A stretch of 55,918 nucleotides of DNA from Candidatus Micrarchaeia archaeon. GTDB lineage: Archaea > Micrarchaeota > Micrarchaeia > Micrarchaeales > CABMGC01. The notes below the pieces were generated by a model. It was not told where the DNA came from. It searched no databases and worked only from the letters and a program-made list of their open reading frames with translations. Both the position numbers and the translations under genes were made by a program. This document shows, piece by piece, positions 8,476-17,818 of this stretch; position 1 is the first letter of the stretch, and every line of letters starts with the position of its first letter. Where the stretch lies: assembly GCA_049976305.1 (NCBI GenBank), contig JBMFIM010000003.1, positions 1 through 55,918 on the forward strand, in the 5' to 3' direction.

Positions 8476-9816
8476 CTATGCAATTCCCTTCAGCTCCTCA
8501 ATAAGCTTGCCAAGCACAGGCTTTTTGTTTCCTTCTTTTGCAAGCTTTATGCTTGCAGCAGACATGTGGCCGCCTGCAGATTCTACAAGGCTAGGGTAGT
8601 AGCTCTTTACCTTTTCAAGCACCTCAAGCAGGTTTATTCCTTTAAGCCCAGATCCTAGCCTTAGCGAAATGTAGGAGCCGTAATGCAGGACAACGAGCGC
8701 TTTGGCGTTGCCCGATTCCTCTATTTTTTCCATGAGCTTAGATGCGAAGCGCCCTGGCAAAGGATACCTCTCTTCATCGCTTCTTATCTTTTCAAAGTCT
8801 GCAACGTATATGCTTGAAGACTTGCCCTTGTAGACCTTTAATCCTGAGACAGCGCTGTCCAGCAGCTCTACAAGCCTGTTTTCGCCGTAGGCTATGATTT
8901 CTGTTACTTTACTTTCATCGCGCATTATATTCTCCACAGCCTCAGGAGTTACATTGCCGGTGTGGGAGCCGACGAGCTTTGCATCGCTTGATACTATGTC
9001 AAGAAGCATTGCAACCCTTTTTGCCTGCGCACTCGGCTTTGCATACGCGCTGTAGTCGCCTATGAGCGAAGCGTAGACAAGGTCTTTGGTCTGAGCCCCG
9101 AAGCATGAAGCAAAAACGCCGGCGAGAAGCCCTGCTGTGAAGTTTGAATCGCCGCCGAAGTTCCACGGGTTTATGTAATGATCGAGCTTCGCCCAGCCAA
9201 ACCCTTGGCTTATAGGATGATGATCAAGCCATATTATGTCAAATCTCTCCTTCGCAGCCTCTATTCCGTCATTGCTGTCTGGGGAGGTGCCGAAGTCTAT
9301 TAGTACAAGAAGCGGCTTTTCGATACTTTCATATGCGTTTGCTATCAGTATGTCGTTTTCGGCATCAGATTTAGCATATGCTACGCTCTTGTGCATTTCC
9401 CATATTGCATTCTCGTAGCCATGCATAGCCCTATGCAAAGCTATAGCCCCGCTAAGTCCGTCTGCATCGTTGTGATAGCGTACTACTATGGGCGCGCTCA
9501 TATACTCCTTTTTTGCCAGTAGCCGTGCAGCTTCTTCCAAACTTTGCCTCATTCTTCCAACGAGTGCTTCAGCGTCATCGTTTATTCTTTCACCGAAATT
9601 GCATGAAATCTTCTTGCAATTTTTGTCAATTTCTTCTTCTATCTTTTTCGCGAAAAGTTCATCAGCATAGGCCCTGCCAGCATCAAAGTCTATAGTCTCC
9701 CCCAATTTTGCGAACATCGCCCTATTCGCATCGGCCTGGCCTCTCCTCAGGCCTTCATACGTTATGAAATACACCGGCTCCTTTTCGTGCTTTATGGCAG
9801 TAAGCAGGCCCTTCAT
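8476..9816 (-). CDS. DHH-family phosphoesterase (RecJ-like, DHH + DHHA1)
   Basis: HNDADG, LIDFG, LDHH, SAGGHxxAAS motifs. Confidence 0.85.
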   Translation of the reverse strand: MKGLLTAIKHEKEPVYFITYEGLRRGQADANRAMFAKLGETIDFDAGRAYADELFAKKIEEEIDKNCKKISCNFGERINDDAEALVGRMRQSLEEAARLLAKKEYMSAPIVVRYHNDADGLSGAIALHRAMHGYENAIWEMHKSVAYAKSDAENDILIANAYESIEKPLLVLIDFGTSPDSNDGIEAAKERFDIIWLDHHPISQGFGWAKLDHYINPWNFGGDSNFTAGLLAGVFASCFGAQTKDLVYASLIGDYSAYAKPSAQAKRVAMLLDIVSSDAKLVGSHTGNVTPEAVENIMRDESKVTEIIAYGENRLVELLDSAVSGLKVYKGKSSSIYVADFEKIRSDEERYPLPGRFASKLMEKIEESGNAKALVVLHYGSYISLRLGSGLKGINLLEVLEKVKSYYPSLVESAGGHMSAASIKLAKEGNKKPVLGKLIEELKGIA

Positions 9817-9820
9817 AATA

Positions 9821-10855
9821 TTACGTTATGTAGCTGCTTGCATTTAACGCTATCGCTTCTTTGCACGCACCCGCGAGCGTAGAGTTTGTTATTAGGTTGC
9901 AAATGCTTGCGTTTTTCTCAGCCATTGCAACATAGGAATAGCAGGCATTCTCCTCACTTCCCTGCAGGTTTGTGCAATAAGTTGCGTTTTTATTTTTTAT
10001 CGCAAACGCAGTTGTAACCGCCTGCTGGCAGAGTGCACTGTATTGCCCAAGAGACTGGCAATATGACATTTGGGTTGTATAGTTCAATGCAGAGCTCGGC
10101 ATTTGTATTTGTGAGGTTTGTGCCAAGCATGCCGACTGAAGAGGAGAAGGTGCCATAAAGTAGCATATGCTGCTGTTCCTTGTTAAGTAAGCATCTGCAA
10201 AAAAGCAGAAGTCCCTAGCAGTGTAGGTTTGGTTCGGCATCATGAGGTAGCCGCTAAACAACGTGGTTTCATTTTCAAGCTGCTGCGTGCTAGCATTCTC
10301 AAGCACCATTCCTATCTGTGTTTTGTTTGTTAACTCTGGAACTTCATTGCAGTATGGCGATTTGCCTGTAAGCAAAGCAAGCTTTGTATAGACAATGGCG
10401 AGGCAGGTGTCTGTAGAGTTGCCAGCTGAATAGCACAGGCTTGCATTCAGAGTCTTGTTTGCAAACTTTGTATAGCACGCCCCGCTGTAAGCGCCTTCAA
10501 GCCCGCATATGCTTGTATTGCCTGTAGAAATTGCAATTTCAGATTCGCATGCAACCTGCATCGAGATGTTGCTTATTTGCTTACAAAGCCCAACGCTCTT
10601 TGTTTTTGCGGCAAGCATAGAATAGCAGCTGTATTGGTAATAGCCGGCAAGCTGGGAGCATATGCTAGAATTTTCTGTGGCATTTGCGATAGAAATTAGG
10701 CATGAATATCTCGCTCCAGGGATTTGTATGGAGTTGCACTTCTGCAATGGTGATTCATGTGAGTAAAAAAACAGCATCAAGAAAGATGCAAGAAAAATTA
10801 GGAGCAAAAAGCCCAAATAAACTGCTATTACCCTTTTTGTGTTTGTAGCCTGCAT
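9821..10855 (-). CDS. Membrane-anchored cysteine-rich repeat surface protein
   Basis: N-terminal TM helix; ~10 C-x(9-11)-C repeats of ~25 aa; many NxS/T sequons. Confidence 0.8.
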   Translation of the reverse strand: MQATNTKRVIAVYLGFLLLIFLASFLMLFFYSHESPLQKCNSIQIPGARYSCLISIANATENSSICSQLAGYYQYSCYSMLAAKTKSVGLCKQISNISMQVACESEIAISTGNTSICGLEGAYSGACYTKFANKTLNASLCYSAGNSTDTCLAIVYTKLALLTGKSPYCNEVPELTNKTQIGMVLENASTQQLENETTLFSGYLMMPNQTYTARDFCFFADAYLTRNSSICYFMAPSPLQSACLAQTSQIQMPSSALNYTTQMSYCQSLGQYSALCQQAVTTAFAIKNKNATYCTNLQGSEENACYSYVAMAEKNASICNLITNSTLAGACKEAIALNASSYIT

Positions 10856-10869
10856 TGCATTATCCCGGT

Positions 10870-11589
10870 TTAGAGGTTTTCCTCTCCGGCTATTACATTG
10901 AAACCGTCGGGCGTTATCTCATAAGGCGTAATGGAGAAGCTGTGGTTAGAGCCTCGCATTTTCAGCACTTCCATAGCCAGTGCACGCCTGTCTTCTTTTC
11001 CAGCTTCGTACATCACTATGACGCCATCAAATATGAAGAATTCAGGCCTCAGCTCTTGCCCCAGGCTTTCTGGATTTGCAAGCTCGCAAGTAAGCAGCGA
11101 TGTCACATGGAGCCTTCTGAAGTTGCTTATCAGCGATACCAAAGACCTCCTGTATACTGCAGGATCGCCAAGCAGCATCTCCATAACACTCAGCGAGTCT
11201 ATTACCGCCCTGTTGGCCTTGTATGTTGTTATCAGAGACTCTATGTCTGCTATAAGCTTTCCAAATTCGTAGGTGTCTGTGCCGCCAGACCTTATGACTG
11301 TAGCAGGGTCTTCTCCGTCAACAATCAGCTTTTTGCTTTCTATAAGTTGGTCTATGTCTTTGAAGTTTGCAAATGCTTCTTTGGCGTTTTCAACCACTCT
11401 TTCTGGCTCTTCCTCCATTGCGAAGAACACAGAGGTATTGCCCTCCTTTGCATTGTGATATGCATATTCAAATCCTAGCAGGGTTTTCCCTGCGCCAGGC
11501 CCTCCGGCAACTATTACCTGGTTGCCTTCTGGTATGCCCCCATACAGCATGGTATCGAGGCCTTCTATGCCCGTCTTTACCCTGTTCAT
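10870..11589 (-). CDS. KaiC/RAD55-family ATPase (single domain)
   Basis: RVKTGIEGLD...GGIP, Walker A GGPGAGKT, VIDSL, LKMRG; start moved to ATG 11589. Confidence 0.9.
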   Translation of the reverse strand: MNRVKTGIEGLDTMLYGGIPEGNQVIVAGGPGAGKTLLGFEYAYHNAKEGNTSVFFAMEEEPERVVENAKEAFANFKDIDQLIESKKLIVDGEDPATVIRSGGTDTYEFGKLIADIESLITTYKANRAVIDSLSVMEMLLGDPAVYRRSLVSLISNFRRLHVTSLLTCELANPESLGQELRPEFFIFDGVIVMYEAGKEDRRALAMEVLKMRGSNHSFSITPYEITPDGFNVIAGEENL

Positions 11590-11641
11590 CCGGTCAACCT
11601 CAATATTAATAACTATGCAATATATAAAAATACTTGGTAGG

Positions 11642-12364
11642 ATGAACAAGAGGGTTTTTCTCATAGGCCTTTTGCTTCTGCTGCTTGGCATAGTAATTTC
11701 TGGAGGAGCGGTATACACTACCTTGCCTTCAGCTTCCGAGGTTCTAACCCAATCCAAGAATCTAAGTATAGGCGCTGGAACCTATGGGTACTTGCCTATG
11801 CCTCTTAACCAGACATCAGGCCTATATGTGTTTTTCAATTCAACCCAGCCAGTTACTTTCATATTCGCCAACTCCTCAGCCTTCTACAATCTTTCAAGCG
11901 TTCCGCTGTCCGAGATGTTTGGCAAAGCTGAAGAGCAGGAAGGAAAAGGATTGCTAGAAATCTTTAACGGCACTGCCGGCTCTTTCCCCTATTCCTCAGT
12001 AGAGAAAGGAATTGCTGTCTACATTGCCAATGTTACCTTTCTTCCTGCAGGGGACTACTTTCTTGTTTTTATTAACCATGGCAGCCTACCTGCAAGAGTA
12101 GAATTAAGGTCAGCCCAGGTGCTTGTGGCAAGCATAGCTACCAAGGCCTATTCTAACTTGCCAACTGTGAGCGCTATGGCGATGGTAGGCTCTTTTATGG
12201 CGCTGATCGGCATCATTTTAATGGTGGCATCATTGTTTATGCATGGAAAGAAGAAAGAGCAGCAGATGCTGCCCAGCGAGGTAGAGCAGATGTATGAGAA
12301 GATTGAGAAGTCTGCTAAAAGAGGTGTAAGGCATGATTCCAAACATAGATCCAAGAGCTCTTAA
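11642..12364 (+). CDS. Hypothetical membrane protein (N- and C-terminal TM, extracellular beta domain)
   Basis: Two hydrophobic segments; start moved to ATG 11642. Confidence 0.75.
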   Translation: MNKRVFLIGLLLLLLGIVISGGAVYTTLPSASEVLTQSKNLSIGAGTYGYLPMPLNQTSGLYVFFNSTQPVTFIFANSSAFYNLSSVPLSEMFGKAEEQEGKGLLEIFNGTAGSFPYSSVEKGIAVYIANVTFLPAGDYFLVFINHGSLPARVELRSAQVLVASIATKAYSNLPTVSAMAMVGSFMALIGIILMVASLFMHGKKKEQQMLPSEVEQMYEKIEKSAKRGVRHDSKHRSKSS

Positions 12365-12680
12365 GAGCATGATGGACAAGCTTGGCATAAAAAGCGAGGA
12401 AATAAAGGCAGTAAAGGTAACGATTGAGCTTCCAGACAAGATGCTTGTAATAGACAACCCTGAGGTGGTAAGCGTTGAAATGCAGGGCAAGCAGATGTTT
12501 CAAGTTGGCGGGGAAGTAAGAGAGGTGGAAAAGCAAGTAAGCATTGAAATAAGCGAAGAGGATGTTAGGCTTGTTATGGAAAAAAGCGGAGTAAGCGACG
12601 AGGAAAGGGCGAGAAAGGCCCTGCAGGAGTCAAACGGCAACATAGCAGAAGCAATACTAAGGCTAAAGTCAGGTTCATGA
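12333..12680 (+). CDS. nac: Nascent polypeptide-associated complex protein
   Basis: DPRxLKxMMxKLGI, NAC barrel, C-terminal UBA (ARKALQESNGNIAEAI). Confidence 0.95.
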   Translation: MIPNIDPRALKSMMDKLGIKSEEIKAVKVTIELPDKMLVIDNPEVVSVEMQGKQMFQVGGEVREVEKQVSIEISEEDVRLVMEKSGVSDEERARKALQESNGNIAEAILRLKSGS

Positions 12681-12992
12681 CACTGAATAAAGATGTACAA
12701 AAGGAACCTGCTGGATGCGCATGACCTCCTCTTCTTTCACAATGCCCATTTTTATCAGCACGCCTACCGCCCTTTCTCCTACAACGTTTGCCGAGTAAAT
12801 CTTAGCTTTTGAAACAATTTCCTCAACCTCCTTCTCGCTCTTCTTTTCTCCTACGTAGAATTTTGAGTATGTTTTCAAGTCCATAATCCTAGCTCCTTCC
12901 TTCAGCTGCATGCCTATAAGCTCTTCATCGCACATCGCCAGCATGGTGCCTTGCTGCATCTCGTAAACTTTTACGTATATTTTGTTAGCCAT
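12675..12992 (-). CDS. DUF424-family protein
   Basis: LAMCDEELIG, FYVG, ANVVGERAV, IQQVPFV pattern; start at ATG 12992. Confidence 0.85.
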   Translation of the reverse strand: MANKIYVKVYEMQQGTMLAMCDEELIGMQLKEGARIMDLKTYSKFYVGEKKSEKEVEEIVSKAKIYSANVVGERAVGVLIKMGIVKEEEVMRIQQVPFVHLYSVS

Positions 12993-14530
12993 TAGCCATA
13001 CCTGTAGAAAAATATAAAAGTGGAGGAATAGAGAAAGCTGTACCATACAAGCCAAAGTGCGCCTGTAATGTTTGCTGTTAGCACTGCAAAGGCCCCTGCA
13101 ATGAAAAGCACTATTGAAAAGGCAACCTCAAGCACAGAGTTCTTCAAAGCTGCGATGAGCCTGCCGCGAAGCGTAATGCCCTTGACCCAGCCAGTCACAG
13201 GAGAGCGGTTAAGCAACGCTGCAAATGCAGCTTTTAGCCTTATGAATGCAAGTGCAAAGTTAAGCACGAAAATCATGAAGCCTTTCGAGATAGAGTTGAA
13301 GTAAAGCTTTGTTATCGCAATTGGCACAAGTATTGAAAGCAGGAAGGCATTGAGCCCAAACAGCTCAAAGTTTAGCGGCGGCATTTCGAAATGTGCAAGC
13401 TTTGAGAGCGTTGCGTAGGTTATAGGTGCCGAAGCAAAGACTGAAATTAGGGAGATTAGTGTAAACATTATTAGTATTACTGACAGGTAGTTTAGCCCAA
13501 GCCCGTGGAGCGCATAGTCTATCTTTGAAAGTGCAGAAACGGTGCGCCTTTTATGTGCTCTCAGGTTTTGGATAAGGTGGAGCAGGAACTGTGTATCCCC
13601 ATAGTTATATCGCCATTGCTGCTTAGAAAGGGCTGTAAAAGAAGTTATGGGCGCGCCTAGAGCATACACTTTTGGTATGTAAAGGCTCCTATAGCCTTTC
13701 ATATCCGACTCAAAGCTGAAAAATGTATCTTCGATTATATATTCTGGAAATCCGCCTATGTCATCAAGTGCGCTTCTTCTTATTATGCCGCAGGAGCCAG
13801 CAAATATTGCAGTGTTGTTGAGGGCCCTAGACGGCTGTATGAATTTGAAGAAGAAGGCATCAAACAGATCGACGCAGCTGGAGAAAAAGTTGCCTTTTGC
13901 ATACCTCTTCTCAGTCTGCACGAAAGATAGCTTGGTATCTTGGAAATAAGGCAGCAGGTCCTTTAGGAATCTTCCATCTACAAGCCTCTCGTCAGCATCA
14001 AACACAGCAATAAACTCTTCGTTCGAATACCTCAGGAAGTTGTTGAGGGCGCCGGCTTTGAAACCTTGCCTGTTGTCTCTGTGCAAATATGCTATTCCCT
14101 CTTTTTTGCAGAATGCTTCTAGCCTGCTTTTTATTTCTGGTTTAGTCGAGTCATCCAGCAGGTAAATCTTCATTTTCTTCGCATCATAGTCCATCTTCTT
14201 CATGCTTAGCAAGGTTCTTTCAACGAGCTTAGGATCCTCGTTGTAGGTTGGCACTGCAATGGCAACAGTAGGCCACTTCTTCATCGGCTTTAGCTTTCTT
14301 GTTATGCTTTCTAGGTAGCGGTCATAGAAGTAGGAGCGATAGTAGGAATAGGCAGAGGTGACATTGAATATGCCAGATATAACGGAAAGTAGCAAAAAGG
14401 CAATTGCCAGCCAGAAAAGCAGAGGGGTTTTTGCAGTAACCACAAGATAGTAGGATATTCCAACGCCTACTACGCTCATAAGGGCAAAAATTCCAACGCT
14501 CGACAGCCTTAGAGCGAAATCCTTGTCCAT
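12992..14530 (-). CDS. GT2 processive glycosyltransferase, cellulose synthase (BcsA)-like
   Basis: PTYNED, LLDDS, KAGALN, FDAD, IED, QQWRY (QxxRW-like) motifs; multiple TMs. Confidence 0.88.
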   Translation of the reverse strand: MDKDFALRLSSVGIFALMSVVGVGISYYLVVTAKTPLLFWLAIAFLLLSVISGIFNVTSAYSYYRSYFYDRYLESITRKLKPMKKWPTVAIAVPTYNEDPKLVERTLLSMKKMDYDAKKMKIYLLDDSTKPEIKSRLEAFCKKEGIAYLHRDNRQGFKAGALNNFLRYSNEEFIAVFDADERLVDGRFLKDLLPYFQDTKLSFVQTEKRYAKGNFFSSCVDLFDAFFFKFIQPSRALNNTAIFAGSCGIIRRSALDDIGGFPEYIIEDTFFSFESDMKGYRSLYIPKVYALGAPITSFTALSKQQWRYNYGDTQFLLHLIQNLRAHKRRTVSALSKIDYALHGLGLNYLSVILIMFTLISLISVFASAPITYATLSKLAHFEMPPLNFELFGLNAFLLSILVPIAITKLYFNSISKGFMIFVLNFALAFIRLKAAFAALLNRSPVTGWVKGITLRGRLIAALKNSVLEVAFSIVLFIAGAFAVLTANITGALWLVWYSFLYSSTFIFFYRYG

Positions 14531-14633
14531 AGCAATACCTAGAATTGAGAAGCATATAACTTGCAACTTATAAATTTTTAACCATGCTAGCTGCTAGCAG
14601 GCTTTTATAGCTGTTATGTCATAATTTAAACAA

Positions 14634-14730
14634 GCCGGGATGGCGGAACCAGGTAACGCGCCAGTATTTTGGCGAAACTCGAGATCTGGTTGCCCTTCGG
14701 GCATTTAGGGTTCAAATCCCTATCCCGGCG
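14634..14730 (+). tRNA. tRNA-Ser(CGA) with 12-nt intron (14665-14676) at position 30/31
   Basis: GCCGGGA/TCCCGGC acceptor; after removing TATTTTGGCGAA the anticodon arm is CCAGA-CTCGAGA-TCTGG; long variable arm; BHB helix CGCC/GGCG. Confidence 0.92.
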
Positions 14731-15005
14731 CATATCCTGGAGTCTAGTCTAAAGCTCCGATTTCTTAGTATAAACGCCATAACATTGGCTAATTTTTGTA
14801 CAGATTGTGTGCTAAATTTTCAAAAGAATTTTTAGCTAGTGATTTTTCGAAAAGCCACTCCGTGCTTGTTCGTAAGCGCGTAGCTGCTGATAGAGATGAG
14901 CTCTAGGCTTCTTCTCTTCACTGCAATCTGTTCCTTGAGAAAGATATCTTGCTAAAAGCGGCAGAAGCAATAAAGAAAAGCAAAGACGATATTGCTGCGA
15001 TCTAA

Positions 15006-15410
15006 TTAAATCTCGTTTCCTCTATCTGCGTACCAGCTCTTGACCTTCTGTGGGTTTAGCTTGGAAACAACGTACTTGAAAGTAGCTTCCGGCTTTGATT
15101 CGCTTCCGCACGAGTAGACATCCAATGTCGCATATTCGCTTTCAGGCCAGGTGTGCAAAGCGATGTGGCTTTCCTGTATTATTGCAATCACTGATACGCC
15201 TCCAGGTATGCCATTTATGTCGCTGAATTTTCTAGTTAGAAGCTCCAGTATGTGCAGATTTCCTTCCTTAGCCCCATCTACCACTACCTTTACGAGCCAG
15301 TCAAGATCTGAGAGCTTGCTTACTTCAATTCCGTAAAGATTTCCGTATACGTGCTTTCCCTCAACCTTAGGCAATTGCTTTTCAACAGCCTGAGAAATTT
15401 GTCTTGCCAT
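15006..15410 (-). CDS. speH: Pyruvoyl-dependent S-adenosylmethionine (or arginine) decarboxylase proenzyme
   Basis: GKHVYGNLY, GGVS, ESHIALHTWPE self-cleavage motif, DVYSCG; start ATG 15410. Confidence 0.88.
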   Translation of the reverse strand: MARQISQAVEKQLPKVEGKHVYGNLYGIEVSKLSDLDWLVKVVVDGAKEGNLHILELLTRKFSDINGIPGGVSVIAIIQESHIALHTWPESEYATLDVYSCGSESKPEATFKYVVSKLNPQKVKSWYADRGNEI

Positions 15411-15568
15411 TTTTATCGATATTAATTTTAATAAAAATAAATAAAAATTTTTGCTATCGAAATTGATTTGTCGTCGTAAAAATTTTTTATTTTTGGAAAT
15501 TTTCGAGGTATTTTTTATACTCAAAAATAAAATTGCAGTTGAATCGCCTCTGAATGATTGCTGAACTG

Positions 15569-16558
15569 CTATGGGCTGCTTTCTCTATAAGCCTGCAAGA
15601 AAGTATACCACGCAAGGTTTGGAGTTCCGTTTGAAGGATTAGTAAGATTGAGCAAGCCGTAATCGTTGCCTAATGCGCCATCGGAGAGTCCCCAGAGATC
15701 ATACCAGTATACTTGCTTTATGTATGGAAGCGAACTGAACGTGTCTAAGCCTTCTTCCATAAATTCCATTTGCGATTTTTGACTATACCCTGGTATTAGT
15801 TTTGAGCTTGCCGGAAATCCAAATTCAGTAATGAATATTGGCTTATGGGTAAGGTTCTCATACGCATTAAGATATTGAGTCCATTCATCGGAGAAATTTA
15901 TGACAATAGGGCTTGGCAAATAGGCATGAACCGATACTGCATTGCAATACTTCCATGCGCCATAAGACCATACTTCGGCATACCACTCAAATATCTGCGG
16001 GCTTCCTATTGGCGCGCCTCCAAAGCAGACTATTGTAGCATTGGGCTCCAAGCTTCTTATTGTGTTCGCAGCTGCTTTTATGATAAGAAAGTAATTGTAG
16101 GCACTGCCATTTACCATGCCTGTCTGGAACTGTTTCACCCACGGCTCATTCCAAATCTCCCATTCGTTTATCCAAGGATATGCCTCAACAGCAGCTTTTA
16201 CGCTTTCATTCCACATGCCCAAGCTCCAGTTCTTGTCTTGGGAGCCTCCTGGCAATGTATCATAGTCAAGTATTCCTAGATAGCTTGCGTTGTAATGCTC
16301 GTGCTCGTAATTCATCAGCTGGATTTGAGAAGCGGAGAGCGTAATGTCTGTTCTGAAATGCCTAACGCCAGCTTTAAGTGCAGTAATTTCTGAGCTTTCG
16401 TTCCCATGAGTGCAAACGCCAAGTGTGAAGTTGAAATGTCTGCTTTTTATCTGCATAGTTGTTGAACGTTCTGCAAGAAGCAATACGATTGCTGTTACTA
16501 TGATAAGCAAAAGCACAAGCGCCAAAGCGATCTTGGTCTTAGCTTTCATATGCATCAC
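15569..16558 (-). CDS. Membrane-anchored clan GH-A glycoside hydrolase (GH39/GH5-like)
   Basis: WEIWNEP acid/base and FITEFG nucleophile motifs, SVHAY, YWY; N-terminal anchor. Confidence 0.82.
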   Translation of the reverse strand: MMHMKAKTKIALALVLLLIIVTAIVLLLAERSTTMQIKSRHFNFTLGVCTHGNESSEITALKAGVRHFRTDITLSASQIQLMNYEHEHYNASYLGILDYDTLPGGSQDKNWSLGMWNESVKAAVEAYPWINEWEIWNEPWVKQFQTGMVNGSAYNYFLIIKAAANTIRSLEPNATIVCFGGAPIGSPQIFEWYAEVWSYGAWKYCNAVSVHAYLPSPIVINFSDEWTQYLNAYENLTHKPIFITEFGFPASSKLIPGYSQKSQMEFMEEGLDTFSSLPYIKQVYWYDLWGLSDGALGNDYGLLNLTNPSNGTPNLAWYTFLQAYRESSP

Positions 16559-17759
16559 TTTCTTCTTTTGTAATCTCCCTCAAAAATACTGTGGCGTAGG
16601 AGCCGGCTGGAAGTGAAAATTTAAGTTCCACGTCGCTGCCTATTTGCCCAAGCTCTATGCCAATCGCTTTTATGATAAGAGGTCTGAAAGAGCCCTTCAT
16701 GCTCAGCTCCGGCATCCATTTGATCTTGAAGTCTTCTTTTGTTATGCCCAGCTTTTCCAAAATTTTATTCTCATAATCGTTGAGCTTTTCAGTACCATAG
16801 CCGACGATGTTCGAGACTGGAAATTCGCCGCTATTGCTGAGGTTAAGCATGTCTGGAAAGCCTAAGGGGCTTGATGGCGCATAAATTTCTGAAGAAAAAT
16901 CACCTGCTGAAATCCTTTCTTCAAGCTCCATGTTGAATATCAGCGATTGCACCGCGTGTATGAACATGATGAGGATTCCTCTAGGCAGGCGCCTGAAGGC
17001 GTTCGCATAGTCTTTGCCAAACTTTGCTAGATAGGCGAGCATCTGCCTTTCTGGTTTAAGGTATTTCGGAAAGTTTTCAAGCGCCCTTTTGAAGTCGCCT
17101 GTCTCTGCCAGCTCCCTTCTTGCCTCTCTTGCATTCTCATTTCTCTCCCCGTCAATGTCAGATAGGAACTTCATCGCCGCCTCCTCCAATTCGCCCTTGA
17201 TTATCAATAAGCCTATCTCGGCATTGTTCCCCCGCATGCCAAAGCGCTGCTTGTCAAAGTAGTTTGCAACTCTGCCTTCAAGTTCCTGCAGAACCTTTTC
17301 TGCATTCTCCGGCCTTTTGCACTGGCTTATTCTCACCTCGAACCTATTGCCTATGTTGCTGCCAAGCTCGACTCTCTGGCCTAGCCACGCCCCATTTATG
17401 CTTATGTCTTTTATTTTTACCCTTTCCAGCTCCTCAGGCTTTATGCCGTATATGCTTGCAAGCTGCACTGTTATCGCAACCCTGTCTTTGGTGCCCGCGT
17501 AGCTGATTGACTTCTTGCCTCTTTGCAAACGCTTTGCTATGGCTATGAGTGCTTGGACCGTATTCCAATTCCTCTTTTGCAAAACAAAGGTTGTGAATTT
17601 GCTGCTTGGGGCAGGCACCAGGCCCAGATCCTCTGCTTGGTAATGCCTGTTTGGCATGAGCACTGTGCCGTTGCTGAGAATCTCCTCTACTACAAAGCTC
17701 TCAGGCGTTTCCTTTATTTTGCCCCCTGTGCCTTCGTGCTTTGAAAGGTAGATTGGCAT
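16539..17759 (-). CDS. truD: tRNA pseudouridine(13) synthase
   Basis: FVVEE, AGTKDRVAITVQ, GNRFEV, NYFDKQRFG, FSLPAGSYAT. Confidence 0.95.
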   Translation of the reverse strand: MPIYLSKHEGTGGKIKETPESFVVEEILSNGTVLMPNRHYQAEDLGLVPAPSSKFTTFVLQKRNWNTVQALIAIAKRLQRGKKSISYAGTKDRVAITVQLASIYGIKPEELERVKIKDISINGAWLGQRVELGSNIGNRFEVRISQCKRPENAEKVLQELEGRVANYFDKQRFGMRGNNAEIGLLIIKGELEEAAMKFLSDIDGERNENAREARRELAETGDFKRALENFPKYLKPERQMLAYLAKFGKDYANAFRRLPRGILIMFIHAVQSLIFNMELEERISAGDFSSEIYAPSSPLGFPDMLNLSNSGEFPVSNIVGYGTEKLNDYENKILEKLGITKEDFKIKWMPELSMKGSFRPLIIKAIGIELGQIGSDVELKFSLPAGSYATVFLREITKEESDAYES

Positions 17760-17818
17760 TATCAAACCTTTGATAGCAATATTTTATACTTTACAGTTTC
17801 CAATTTTAACGTGATGCT

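Noticed and set aside
10870-11589. Circadian KaiC system
   Set aside because: It is a single-domain RAD55/KaiC-like ATPase common in archaea, with no kaiA or kaiB nearby.
14795-15005. Possible pseudogene or integration scar after tRNA-Ser(CGA): a reading frame with one internal TAG (…RDEL*ASSLHCNLFLEKDILLKAAEAIKK…)
   Set aside because: No recognisable homology, start signal, integrase or duplicated tRNA 3' end, so it cannot be supported.
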